From positions 1 to 64,000 of the IMG/VR virus record IMGVR_UViG_3300032516_000004: DNA of 64,000 nt; one strand, given 5' to 3'. The notes beneath the pieces were generated by a model. It was not told the DNA's origin. It did no database searches and saw only the letters and a program-made list of their open reading frames with translations. This DNA comes from a virus. Made by a program: the position numbers and the translations under genes. Of the stretch, positions 9,316 through 18,386 are shown in pieces (the stretch's first letter is position 1; each line of letters opens with the position of its first letter).

Positions 9316-9686
9316 GGTCCAAATCCCTGTAGATCAGTTTCGTTATCACAGTTTTCCTTACTTAGATAACTATGAATATACTGTGCGGCTTTAGTGTATT
9401 CATTGTATTTGAAATATTTAGCATGCTCATAAATTTCTTTATTAGGCACATTGCCCTGCATATTAAACAATACGAGACTACCACGATACACCACTATTTG
9501 GTCTGAACAACGATTTTCACTGAATGAAACGGCCTGATGATTATCAAAGTTCTTGATGTGATATCCCTGTTCTCTACCATTTGAATACATCTCCAGATAT
9601 AGCACGTGCTTGTCTTCTTCTGAAATAAGCTCGTTTAGTACCGCCAACACAGCATCGGCCTTGGACACCTTGGCTCGACTAATCAT
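9312..9686 (-). CDS. hypothetical protein
   Basis: AGGAGG RBS. Confidence 0.65.
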   Translation of the reverse strand: MISRAKVSKADAVLAVLNELISEEDKHVLYLEMYSNGREQGYHIKNFDNHQAVSFSENRCSDQIVVYRGSLVLFNMQGNVPNKEIYEHAKYFKYNEYTKAAQYIHSYLSKENCDNETDLQGFGP

Positions 9687-9694
9687 TGATCCTC

Positions 9695-9925
9695 CTAAAG
9701 GGTGAGAGGCTTATTGTCGATATACTCGATCAATCGACAGGCTTCACAGAAATAACATAAACACCTAGTCTTAGCAGGCCAAAAGACACAGCCATTACCG
9801 CTCTTGAAGTCATATCTTACCAGTGCTTTTAGTGTATCAACTAACTTATCAGCTGATTCATTAATCCGATCAGCCCGTGTTTTGGCACTCATTTGATCGC
9901 TCCTTGGTGATTCGGTTCCACTCAT
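9695..9925 (-). CDS. small Cys-containing protein
   Basis: ORF in operon. Confidence 0.5.
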   Translation of the reverse strand: MSGTESPRSDQMSAKTRADRINESADKLVDTLKALVRYDFKSGNGCVFWPAKTRCLCYFCEACRLIEYIDNKPLTL

Positions 9926-10064
9926 TCCTGACCACTGGGTGCCACAATGGACTAGGTTCCTTGGGTTCCCAATGGTCCCTTGCCCATTGACGAAAGACTG
10001 TCTCTTCCTGAGGATCTAGTGATCTAAACATCCATTTATTGTTCATCGGTGTTTCCTTATGCAT
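9870..10064 (-). CDS. small conserved phage protein (FRQWAR...WHPV)
   Basis: Recurrent phage motif. Confidence 0.55.
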   Translation of the reverse strand: MHKETPMNNKWMFRSLDPQEETVFRQWARDHWEPKEPSPLWHPVVRNEWNRITKERSNECQNTG

Positions 10065-10288
10065 TTAAGGATGAACTGCTTATTTTCTTGTGATAAATAT
10101 TTTGATTTTTTAATGTTTTTTATGAAATCGCGGACAAATTTTTGTTCGTTATGGGGATAAAATGAGTGACAATAACCACACGTATCATCCTCAATATATA
10201 AAACTTGTTTGTGTTTGTTACATAATCTGATAAGATCTGGAACATCTTCTGGACCAAGATCTCCACACTCCAATGTGACGATAAACAT
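10043..10288 (-). CDS. hypothetical protein
   Basis: ORF in operon. Confidence 0.5.
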   Translation of the reverse strand: MFIVTLECGDLGPEDVPDLIRLCNKHKQVLYIEDDTCGYCHSFYPHNEQKFVRDFIKNIKKSKYLSQENKQFILKCIRKHR

Positions 10289-10356
10289 TTCCCAAAATAA
10301 TTCCCATATCTCATCTATATCAGTTTTTGCTTTATCAATTTCTTCTATTTTATCTC

Positions 10357-11025
10357 TTAATCTTTCAATAAGATATGATCTAATAAATACTTCTTGCCGC
10401 GCTCACTACGTCGTTCTTTAGCTCGTTTGCTCTTACATTCGTCACACCGCAAACATTGAAACGCGTCCTGAGTATTAATGGTAAATACCCGCTTACAGTC
10501 TACACACTTAACATCACAAACCCGACCATGGCAGTTGGAGACTGCCTTTAAGTCTGCCTTACTGGGCTCTCGTACTGAACCCGGCACCACATGATGATAT
10601 CGGGCGTAAAAATCGGGCTTCATGGTCTTAGTCTTACGAACTCGCTTGGTCATTTTGGTCTCCTTCTTGGCTACGCTAACCATTTGATTGGTTTCCATCG
10701 CCTTATTCAAAGATTTTTGAAATTGCTTGGCTGGTAGAACGGCTTCTTCTAAACGTTTCTCTTTCTGAGTTGTAACGTCTACAAGACCCAATTCCCTGGA
10801 CAATTGTTCTGATGAAACTGATGATGGACACGTTAGGACCAGTGGATTGAATTTCGGATCGTCCATTCTCACACTAATATCACCTGCTCGTTCAGGTACC
10901 CGTTGTTCCGCACAATCTGGAGCACATTCCTGATTAATAGGTCGGATCCCATCACTTAATAGAACCTGGTCTATTACTGTTGGTTGAACTGTTACCACTC
11001 GATTGACTCGCTTCATTCTTGACAT
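10357..11025 (-). CDS. protein with C-terminal Zn-ribbon shared with 16955-17401 and 20521-20970
   Basis: GSVR...HGRVCDVKCVDC...NTQDA.QC..CDEC. Confidence 0.7.
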   Translation of the reverse strand: MSRMKRVNRVVTVQPTVIDQVLLSDGIRPINQECAPDCAEQRVPERAGDISVRMDDPKFNPLVLTCPSSVSSEQLSRELGLVDVTTQKEKRLEEAVLPAKQFQKSLNKAMETNQMVSVAKKETKMTKRVRKTKTMKPDFYARYHHVVPGSVREPSKADLKAVSNCHGRVCDVKCVDCKRVFTINTQDAFQCLRCDECKSKRAKERRSERGKKYLLDHILLKD

Positions 11026-11027
11026 CG

Positions 11028-11258
11028 TTATTTCTCCTTTGTTGTGACTATCAAATCCGGTCTTGGTAGAACCTTATCGTCTGAATTAAAATAAGCTAAC
11101 ACACCTCCCGTTAAATTTACGGGATTAGCCGCATTATGATCGTTTCCATTTATTAAATTTGTTTTGATATAGATCTCACCACAAACCTGGAAACATTGTC
11201 CTTGTTCAATTACGGCCAATACTACTTCTTCCATCGGATTTTTATTAACAATCTTCAT
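11028..11258 (-). CDS. hypothetical protein
   Basis: ORF in operon. Confidence 0.55.
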   Translation of the reverse strand: MKIVNKNPMEEVVLAVIEQGQCFQVCGEIYIKTNLINGNDHNAANPVNLTGGVLAYFNSDDKVLPRPDLIVTTKEK

Positions 11259-11632
11259 CGTGGTATTAACTCCCCGGCTCGGTACTCAAGAATAGTACCA
11301 ACTTTAAATGGTTTAATAGCCTCCAAGATACCATCGACCATTCGTTGTGCGATCTTATGCGCTTCCGTATTATTAACCTTTGTCCTCAAATGGACTGAAT
11401 TTGCAACCATCACACCAAATTCGGTCTTTGACATCGAGCTGTTTACAACTTTAACAGTTGTAGTACCTTTATGGCAGTATGCTCCCACCATACCACGATT
11501 ACACCCACAGCTACCGTCTAGGTCATCATCGCACACGAACATTGATGGAAGCACAAATTCTCCATCTGGTACAAAACAGAAGTCTGAAGCACGCAGGCCT
11601 TGAGTATTATGAGTGCTAACCAGTAGTTTCAT
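11255..11632 (-). CDS. conserved Cys-containing protein (DF.F..DGE...C...GSCGC.R...G...HK.TTT)
   Basis: Recurrent motif in mobile elements; start moved to MKLL. Confidence 0.65.
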   Translation of the reverse strand: MKLLVSTHNTQGLRASDFCFVPDGEFVLPSMFVCDDDLDGSCGCNRGMVGAYCHKGTTTVKVVNSSMSKTEFGVMVANSVHLRTKVNNTEAHKIAQRMVDGILEAIKPFKVGTILEYRAGELIPR

Positions 11633-11661
11633 ATTTCTCTGTCCTTTAATTTCAATCATGC

Positions 11662-12267
11662 CTATTTAAAATTCACAGAAGGCTTGTACTGTGCCTGTTC
11701 GGTTACTGAATCCAGGACCGCGTTTGTCTTCTTATCCAACAATCCCCGCATCTGTGATCGTTTCTCCATAAACTCATCTCTCGGTGAAATAAACGGTGTT
11801 ACCTCAAACAATAGTTCAAGATTGCTTCCGAGTAATTGCTTAAGCTTTTCATAAGTTACCGCATTGTTCTCTCGGAGCTTCACGCTGTATCTTACTTCAA
11901 ACAGTTGGTCATAACACTTCTTCAGATGTTCTCGCAGTTCTGGTTCGTGGCAGCAATCAATCTGCTTGAACATGTTCTTGAACACAATTTTGGCTGGAAT
12001 CCCATCAGCACTATCGACCAAAACATTCTTATAGAATTGACCTTCAACTTCTGAAGAGAGGCGTTGCTCTTTCACAGTGGTCAACAATTTTTCTTCATCT
12101 AGCGCCTGTTCGGTTTCCAGACTTTCAATCTGCATGTGCCGTTGTCGCATCTTGGCGACATCGGCCTCGAGTCCTTTAATTTCCAATTTTGGAGCACCAC
12201 CTTTGGTACTACCTCGGTTTGGTTTCGTTAAGCTTATTACCGGAGCTAACTTCGTGGCTGCGCTCAT
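11662..12267 (-). CDS. coiled-coil protein, paralog of 4933-5514
   Basis: Shared motifs; AGGAGG RBS. Confidence 0.75.
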   Translation of the reverse strand: MSAATKLAPVISLTKPNRGSTKGGAPKLEIKGLEADVAKMRQRHMQIESLETEQALDEEKLLTTVKEQRLSSEVEGQFYKNVLVDSADGIPAKIVFKNMFKQIDCCHEPELREHLKKCYDQLFEVRYSVKLRENNAVTYEKLKQLLGSNLELLFEVTPFISPRDEFMEKRSQMRGLLDKKTNAVLDSVTEQAQYKPSVNFK

Positions 12268-12280
12268 CTAATCCTCCTAT

Positions 12281-12634
12281 CTAAAGTGCCTGCTCAATCT
12301 CTTGATCGGTCCATATGGATTCTTTGACCACATCTCCATTTTTATCTTTCAATGCTAGAAACATGCATGGACCACTAGACCATGGACTTGCTTGCTCGAA
12401 CTCTTCGTAAACATCACCATTGGGTAGTATGTATCGAGTCAAGTCGTGGGAATCAAATCCGTGGTATTCCCCACACTTCTCATACTTGACTAGACTTTCT
12501 TGTCCACTTTGAGTAAGTTCTGCAGTCTTACCGTCTTCATATGTTCGTGTTATCTTGTCCTGATATTTGCGGTATTGCGAGACAACGATGGCTCGAGCCC
12601 GCTCATTCAAACCCATTGGTTGGTCACAGCGCAT
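12281..12634 (-). CDS. conserved phage protein (PWSSGP motif)
   Basis: Motif; AGGAGG RBS. Confidence 0.65.
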   Translation of the reverse strand: MRCDQPMGLNERARAIVVSQYRKYQDKITRTYEDGKTAELTQSGQESLVKYEKCGEYHGFDSHDLTRYILPNGDVYEEFEQASPWSSGPCMFLALKDKNGDVVKESIWTDQEIEQAL

Positions 12635-12698
12635 CCCCTACCTCCTGTAAGCTGTTAAACTCATATGTATGGTGTGTTATTTGCATACCTACAAACAG

Positions 12699-12723
12699 TG
12701 CACGGCACGTGCCAAGCCAAACA
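12699..12723 (-). promoter_or_regulatory. sigma54 promoter with upstream TGTTTGGC element
   Basis: Minus strand TGTTTGGCTTGGCACGTGCCGTGCA (GG-N10-GC) in an intergenic gap. Confidence 0.7.
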
Positions 12724-12733
12724 ATATGTACTG

Positions 12734-12973
12734 TTATTCGATTTTGAGGAGCTTGTAAACGCGACAGAATTTAAGACTCTGTACCGATATTTGGACTTGT
12801 TGGTCGTCTTTCATGAAATCAAGCTTTACTAGTGGTCGCTTGTACATATTTCCAGATGTCTCGAATAGAATGTAGTAGATGGCAATTCGAACCTGTGCCT
12901 CATTCATTTGGTTGGTATCGTCTAAGAATATGTGGTTCCCCACACCATCAATCTTAGCGCTCCAGATTTTCAT
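12734..12973 (-). CDS. hypothetical protein (start MKIWS)
   Basis: AGGAG RBS. Confidence 0.55.
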   Translation of the reverse strand: MKIWSAKIDGVGNHIFLDDTNQMNEAQVRIAIYYILFETSGNMYKRPLVKLDFMKDDQQVQISVQSLKFCRVYKLLKIE

Positions 12974-13176
12974 GTTTCTCCTATAGCCTCCAAACAAATC
13001 AAACCAATTTGAAGCACCTGCTTGAAGGTAAGATCTTCATGTCCCCCCATACCACGACCAGGATACTTGTACCAAGTTACACAGATTTCTGGTAGTGATT
13101 TTTTAGTATGCGCCGCGAAATAAAAATTTGATGGTTCAACTCCCTGTGTTTCTTCATCCCAGTCTTCGTGGAATGA
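12970..13176 (-). pseudogene. start-less reading frame (WYKYPGRGM motif) overlapping the 3' end of the upstream gene
   Basis: 68 open codons SFHEDWDEETQG...WYKYPGRGMGGHEDLTFKQVLQIGLICLEAIGET, bounded upstream by TGA, no ATG/GTG start with RBS. Confidence 0.4.
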
Positions 13177-13516
13177 TCAATCGAATCATCCGATCATGAA
13201 GTGGAATTTCACGGTGCTTAGCAAAACATCCTCCCACACCGTCCCCGTACCCATTGCTGAAAAGCTGATCATGCCCCCCATTAGTAACTTGTTGATTATA
13301 CTTACCGGCCAGAACAATGAGTTCCGGGAAGCTACCATAGGTGAAACGGGTAAAGCTAATCATGTCCCGATAATCCCATGTTTTGTTGTCTTCTTTATTC
13401 CACGCCTCATAACAGACATCTAGAATAGCCTGGTGGTAGTCGCCTGAATTCCAGGATTCCATAGCGTCTTCGGACTTCATAATGTCGGCCATCAACCGCT
13501 CTCTATCGATGATCAT
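13154..13516 (-). CDS. DMP19/DUF4375-like protein
   Basis: YNQQVTNGGHDQLFSNGYG resembles the DMP19 family core motif. Confidence 0.55.
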   Translation of the reverse strand: MIIDRERLMADIMKSEDAMESWNSGDYHQAILDVCYEAWNKEDNKTWDYRDMISFTRFTYGSFPELIVLAGKYNQQVTNGGHDQLFSNGYGDGVGGCFAKHREIPLHDRMIRLIIPRRLG

Positions 13517-14075
13517 TCGTCCTCCAGTTCTTCGTCATATTCCTGTTCCTTGATTTCGCTGTCAACAGATTGTAAACTGCTATTAGGTCTTTATGGCTTA
13601 GCTTATTCAAGTTGTATACCATGCCCTGAATACCGGCAATCAAGTGATCCTTAGTTTTTGGTGTTCCCCGACTAATCTGGCGAACCCAGACATTTTCGTG
13701 TTTATCGGTAGAATTTTCTTCCGGACCACCGGCACCAAATCCACGATTCCAACCACCAGGTTTACCATCACTGTACACATGGTCGTCATATTCGTTCCAT
13801 ACATGGACATACCAGGTCTCACCCATCTCTTGGTCATCCAACTTGAAAATGTGGGTCGTTTCCTTAGATTTGAGAAATTTCACGATTTCCTGATACTTGA
13901 CTGGAAATGATTGAGCAAAACTCTTCCTTGTCGAATAATTGTCACCCCACAGATGCTCCATCGCTAGATAGAAGGCTTTGGCCACTGCCTCGGCATTATT
14001 TTTAGCCACAACTGTGAAGTTACTGGATGGCATTGGATTGTTATGATGGTATGAAAGCTCAAACGTGTAGCGCAT
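13503..14075 (-). CDS. hypothetical protein
   Basis: 190 aa ORF with GGAG RBS. Confidence 0.6.
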   Translation of the reverse strand: MRYTFELSYHHNNPMPSSNFTVVAKNNAEAVAKAFYLAMEHLWGDNYSTRKSFAQSFPVKYQEIVKFLKSKETTHIFKLDDQEMGETWYVHVWNEYDDHVYSDGKPGGWNRGFGAGGPEENSTDKHENVWVRQISRGTPKTKDHLIAGIQGMVYNLNKLSHKDLIAVYNLLTAKSRNRNMTKNWRTNDHR

Positions 14076-14083
14076 GTTTGCTC

Positions 14084-14344
14084 CTACTTAACCAGTTGGA
14101 ATGCGACCTTGACGGCCTTTGGTGCTACGAGAGTCATAAACTTTTCTCGATTGATTGGGTTCAGCGCATCATAGACTTGAACCACATAGTTGGCGCTGAA
14201 TAGATCGATCATACAGCCATCAATTTTAGCGTATGACTTATTTTCCACCACATTACGAAATGCTGCAATCCTTTCACCCACAGATTTAGGCCAGAACTCC
14301 ATAGTTCCACCTTCTCGTTTTCTTGTTTGCATGGTTTTATCCAT
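14084..14344 (-). CDS. conserved small phage protein (IDG..IDLFSA..VVQVYDALN..NREKF)
   Basis: Recurrent phage motif. Confidence 0.65.
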   Translation of the reverse strand: MDKTMQTRKREGGTMEFWPKSVGERIAAFRNVVENKSYAKIDGCMIDLFSANYVVQVYDALNPINREKFMTLVAPKAVKVAFQLVK

Positions 14345-14648
14345 TGGGTCTTAGCTCCATTTGACCATTATCGCACTGGCTACACTTGGATCCGCCATGT
14401 GAGTATGAACCCGTGTGTCGATGAACGCAGTCGCAGCATACTCTAAAGCCACAAACGTTACAAACCCACCACGTCTGCTCTTTTGCAGCTTCACGTTTGC
14501 AATACTGACACTTGATCCAAGGCATTGAACGTTCCCTTTCATGGCAGATACCACAATGACCGTCTACATATTGGTGGTCGAGGCAATCATAGCCTCCACG
14601 CATATCATTCTCGTAATCCATTTCATCCTCTCTTGATTTCATCAACAA
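14337..14648 (-). CDS. multi-CxxC zinc-finger protein
   Basis: Several CxxC pairs. Confidence 0.6.
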   Translation of the reverse strand: MLMKSREDEMDYENDMRGGYDCLDHQYVDGHCGICHERERSMPWIKCQYCKREAAKEQTWWVCNVCGFRVCCDCVHRHTGSYSHGGSKCSQCDNGQMELRPNG

Positions 14649-15261
14649 ATTTACGATGAAAGGTCATGATCCACCAGGTTTCAAGCTTACGCCACCATTC
14701 AGCTCGAGGCCAATCAGCACGTTTGATCTGGTCAAGTATCTGCTGACTCCAATAACTTTGACCATCTACTGACTTCCAAGGCTTTCCTTCAAGATGGGTT
14801 TTTCTGTTATGATAGAAACATCGCATACCATACAAAAACATATGAATCCCTGATATGTAGTGTACGTAACCGCCGTCTTTTCTGATTGATAGGGTGTAGC
14901 GTACTTTCTTACCTACTTTATCGCCATGATCGTTAGACTCGTAGTTGACCTTACGATGGACTATAAATGAACGATCCTCGTCGTGGTAGCTATACTGAAA
15001 ATGGATAGCGCGGTGAGGAGAATCAAACGGTTGATCGTTATTATCAATCCATGGATACTTCTTACGAAGGTCACCATAACATCCTTCGCCATCATCGGCC
15101 CAAAAGATCCCGTCTTTACAAGCTTCACAAGATTCGTTGGGGCAGTTGAAAGTATCGCGTAATGATGGTGAACCATTTGGATTACAAACATGGTCGGCCA
15201 AAGTTTCATACTTCTTCTGTGATCCAGGAACAAGAGTCGTTTTGCAAATTGGGCAGAGCAT
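14623..15261 (-). CDS. hypothetical protein with N-terminal Zn finger (start MLCPIC)
   Basis: CPIC...CPNESC; RBS. Confidence 0.65.
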   Translation of the reverse strand: MLCPICKTTLVPGSQKKYETLADHVCNPNGSPSLRDTFNCPNESCEACKDGIFWADDGEGCYGDLRKKYPWIDNNDQPFDSPHRAIHFQYSYHDEDRSFIVHRKVNYESNDHGDKVGKKVRYTLSIRKDGGYVHYISGIHMFLYGMRCFYHNRKTHLEGKPWKSVDGQSYWSQQILDQIKRADWPRAEWWRKLETWWIMTFHRKFVDEIKRG

Positions 15262-15485
15262 TATCCCACCCTTCTTCGCCACCACGGTAGATATGCGAAT
15301 GGAATGTCCAACCAATCGCTACCGTCAAGTGATGACTTGAATCTATTAACAGTTCTCTTTTCACCCATGCATTGATGAAGCCTAATAATGTCTCGAGCCA
15401 TCTGTACATCTCGGACATACAGATCTGATTCGTGGTTATCCATCTCACACCCTGCCGCCAACAAATCGTCATATAGTTCACCCAT
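15261..15485 (-). CDS. conserved small phage protein (D.HESDLYV...W.DIPFAY.P.W)
   Basis: Recurrent phage motif; GGAGG RBS. Confidence 0.7.
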   Translation of the reverse strand: MGELYDDLLAAGCEMDNHESDLYVRDVQMARDIIRLHQCMGEKRTVNRFKSSLDGSDWLDIPFAYLPWWRRRVG

Positions 15486-15696
15486 ACATAATCCTCCATC
15501 CTTCAAGTACCTTCATGGCTCGGTTTCTTGCCTCTTCATAGTCCATTGTTACTGATATGATGTTTTTATGGTCAAGACCGCCAAGAATTTGTAGTGCGAA
15601 TCCCCGGAGATCTGTCGAAAATAGAACGTCATCAATTGTTGATTCTAATGATTTTGGGGTTGTTACACACCAAAACTTAAATTCTTCAGGTTTCAT
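15478..15696 (-). CDS. hypothetical protein
   Basis: ORF in operon. Confidence 0.6.
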   Translation of the reverse strand: MKPEEFKFWCVTTPKSLESTIDDVLFSTDLRGFALQILGGLDHKNIISVTMDYEEARNRAMKVLEGWRIMYG

Positions 15697-15697
15697 T

Positions 15698-15907
15698 TTA
15701 ATCTCTTACCTTTTTAAGCCACTCATCAAGTGCTGTTTTCCACTTTTTACCATTCATCTCTGTACCGGCTTTCTTCAAGAGAACGTAATCCATGTCATTA
15801 GTATCAACATCATGGGTACCACACTGACAATGATCGAGTGGGCAACCTACCTCACGCTCTTGCCAGGTGCGGGCTTGTTCCATGTAACGACATTTCTTGA
15901 CTTTCAT
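15698..15907 (-). CDS. hypothetical protein
   Basis: AGGAGG RBS. Confidence 0.6.
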   Translation of the reverse strand: MKVKKCRYMEQARTWQEREVGCPLDHCQCGTHDVDTNDMDYVLLKKAGTEMNGKKWKTALDEWLKKVRD

Positions 15908-15938
15908 GGATCCTCCTAGCTACATGTGTAGATATCTA

Positions 15939-16163
15939 CTAGCTTACCAGTAATAAGATCACTCGACGCAAGGCTGCTGCCATTTCAGCAATGCACATGC
16001 CAGGCAGAATTTTGCCAGTGAATACCACTTCAATTTCACCATCACCTAGATCCATAGTGTCTTCACCAGATTCAACGGTCTCAAACACTGTAATCGAGAA
16101 TGTAACGCTTCGTTGTTTCATGACTCCTCGTGACTGATTCGTTTCATGATCCGCCATTAACAT
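15939..16163 (-). CDS. hypothetical protein (true start probably MKQRS)
   Basis: GAGGAG RBS precedes internal ATG. Confidence 0.45.
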   Translation of the reverse strand: MLMADHETNQSRGVMKQRSVTFSITVFETVESGEDTMDLGDGEIEVVFTGKILPGMCIAEMAAALRRVILLLVS

Positions 16164-16303
16164 TAAAGACTAATATTCGAGTCCATTGACAGCTGTTTAT
16201 ATCCCAAACCCACACATATTCATACATTGAAATTCCCCTTAAGTTCTCGGTGTTCGTATAGCCATCGTTTTCTAAGCATCCTGTCAACCTTCTAATAAAG
16301 TGT

Positions 16304-16391
16304 TGGTGCCTGGGGAGGGGCACGATCCCTCAATCCCTTACGGGCAACAGTTTTTAAGACTGTTCAGTATACCAAATTCCTGCACCCAGGC
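16304..16391 (-). tRNA. trnL: tRNA-Leu(UAA), CCA encoded
   Basis: Acceptor GCCTGGG/CCCAGGC-A-CCA; anticodon stem ACAGT/ACTGT with loop CTTAAAA; long variable arm CCCGTAAGGG; T stem GAGGG/CCCTC. Confidence 0.9.
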
Positions 16392-16439
16392 ACATCAACA
16401 CTTTGGTGGACCCACTCGGCCCATATCATTCTTTTATAG

Positions 16440-16670
16440 TCACCGGGCGGTCTTGGTCAATTGCTGGACCTGTTCTGAGATGTCGGCCAGCATAGCATTG
16501 ACCCGATTTGCCTCATTTCTCAGAAATGGCACTCGCTCCACATCTCCGACCCTAGCTGCCCTTACAAGCTCACTCACCAGTGTGTCACGGCGATTCACCA
16601 AATGACGACGGTTCTTCCGACAAGTGTACAGTTGATCCACGGGACGACGGAAACTAGTGGTTTGTGACAT
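16440..16670 (-). CDS. hypothetical protein
   Basis: GGAG RBS. Confidence 0.55.
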   Translation of the reverse strand: MSQTTSFRRPVDQLYTCRKNRRHLVNRRDTLVSELVRAARVGDVERVPFLRNEANRVNAMLADISEQVQQLTKTAR

Positions 16671-16739
16671 AACAGGCTCCTTCCAACCCTGGGTCTTAAT
16701 GACTGGCCGGGACCACCCCAGACATCCATCAAGACGTTG

Positions 16740-16958
16740 CTATTCTACTGGTAATGCCTCAAAGTCATGCATGTCCGCTCCGATTGGTCGAACGGTCGTC
16801 CAATCAAACCCCATTTCATGTCCCAAATCACGCCAAGCATCATTGGCGTTCTGTTGTGGTGAACGTGGCTGCATGCCGCCGAACACCATATACGGAACCG
16901 GTTTACAGGCATCAAGGATCCGGTTTAACTGTTGGTCAGTCATTCGATATCTTTTCAT
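16740..16958 (-). CDS. conserved small phage protein (AN.AW..LG..MGFD..TV)
   Basis: Recurrent phage motif. Confidence 0.65.
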   Translation of the reverse strand: MKRYRMTDQQLNRILDACKPVPYMVFGGMQPRSPQQNANDAWRDLGHEMGFDWTTVRPIGADMHDFEALPVE

Positions 16959-17401
16959 CCAACTGCTGCCTTCAAGGTCTCGAGCTGAGCCTGGGTTGCC
17001 GCGATTTCCTGTTCGAGCTGCTCTTTGGTCTTGCCAGCCAGCCGCTTATTGGCCCGTCGAATCTGATCCTTTACTCGGTTAGCTTTCTCCTTGCACGCTT
17101 TGCAAAGCTGTGTCTGCTTGGCGTCTTGCACGTTCACGATGCGCTCAGCCCCACATTCCCGGCACGTGATCACGCACACCACCCCATGGGTGTTTTCCAA
17201 CACCGCAAGATCATCGTCAGTTGCCTGACGACGGCTACCTACCATATATTGTGGGTTAACGGCCTTGGTGGTGGCTTCCCACGCGTACAGCTTCTCAGCT
17301 TCCCGGAGTGCCTGTTTAACAGCCTTCAGTTTCTGCTCTTCTACTTTGATCGCCTGAAGATCCGACACCACACCACTAGTAACCGCTGATTCGATAAACA
17401 T
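16955..17401 (-). CDS. coiled-coil/Zn-ribbon protein, paralog of 20521-20970
   Basis: Full-length similarity by eye; AGGAG RBS; sigma54 promoter upstream. Confidence 0.8.
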   Translation of the reverse strand: MFIESAVTSGVVSDLQAIKVEEQKLKAVKQALREAEKLYAWEATTKAVNPQYMVGSRRQATDDDLAVLENTHGVVCVITCRECGAERIVNVQDAKQTQLCKACKEKANRVKDQIRRANKRLAGKTKEQLEQEIAATQAQLETLKAAVG

Positions 17402-17465
17402 TGCTGGCTCCTTTTAGCGGAAGTAAATTTAGTGTTGTATGCTCCGCTTGCATACCACCAGATAG

Positions 17466-17490
17466 TGCAGAACGCGTGCCAAGCTAAACA
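17466..17490 (-). promoter_or_regulatory. sigma54 promoter with upstream TGTTTAGC element
   Basis: Minus strand TGTTTAGCTTGGCACGCGTTCTGCA. Confidence 0.7.
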
Positions 17491-17551
17491 TGTGTGCTTG
17501 GTCCATATCTAGAAACCGTTAATATTTTATTATTTGGTACAGGAGGAAGTT

Positions 17552-18310
17552 ATGGCTAAAGTATTGATTGTTAATATGGCACCCCAAGCATTGTCGCTCG
17601 ATGTTACGTTGGGGGTAAACGTTATCCGTCGAAACATTGCAACCGGTGGTTCCATTGATATCGGAGATGTAGCGACCATTGAGGCCGTGAATCAGAGCCC
17701 TGTTATTAAAGAACTAGTGGCTGCTGGGACGATTCAAGTTTTAAGCCTTGCCGATCCCACAGATGTCGCGGAAGGTACTAAATTGGTGGTGTCCGGATAC
17801 TTGATGGCTCCAGAACTCGCGGATACCGATGGTATCGTGACATCTACCAACTGGGCTAATGGCCCATTAACGATTGCTGGTCAGCCGGATGTCGCCCGCA
17901 ACATCACGGCAGTTCTGACAGATACCAATAACTCGTGTACAGGTCTCTTAACTATTACGGGTGTGGATCCTGCGGGTCGTCCGGTCGTTGAAGTGATGAG
18001 ACCCAATGGTGCGGGTGCGGGTAAGACACTAACCGGCACCAAAATCTTTGCCCAAGTGACCAGTTGCGTGTTGAGTGGCTGTGCCGGTGGTACGCCATCC
18101 ACGGATGTCGTGGTAATTGGGTATGGTAATGTGGTGGGTCTTCCGTCTGATATCCAAGCCACCACGGCAGTCAAGAGTGTATATCTCGGTGATACCCGAC
18201 AAGCCTCCCCGACCATTAAACTGGGGACTAGTACCAGTGGCGTTGACGCGTCGGCGGGCACCTATGATGGCACCAAGCCCCTGGTCGTGGTTTATAATAC
18301 CGGCGAATAA
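17552..18310 (+). CDS. putative virion structural/decoration protein (beta-rich)
   Basis: AGGAGG RBS; DVARNIT...LTITGVD..G....E.......G.K.F..VTS motif typical of phage structural proteins; G/T/V-rich. Confidence 0.6.
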   Translation: MAKVLIVNMAPQALSLDVTLGVNVIRRNIATGGSIDIGDVATIEAVNQSPVIKELVAAGTIQVLSLADPTDVAEGTKLVVSGYLMAPELADTDGIVTSTNWANGPLTIAGQPDVARNITAVLTDTNNSCTGLLTITGVDPAGRPVVEVMRPNGAGAGKTLTGTKIFAQVTSCVLSGCAGGTPSTDVVVIGYGNVVGLPSDIQATTAVKSVYLGDTRQASPTIKLGTSTSGVDASAGTYDGTKPLVVVYNTGE

Positions 18311-18386
18311 TCTGACGCTAGATCCTCGAGGAGACGAGCCTGGAATTGGTTCACCGGGTATACAGTCCACACAATCCGATAACCAT

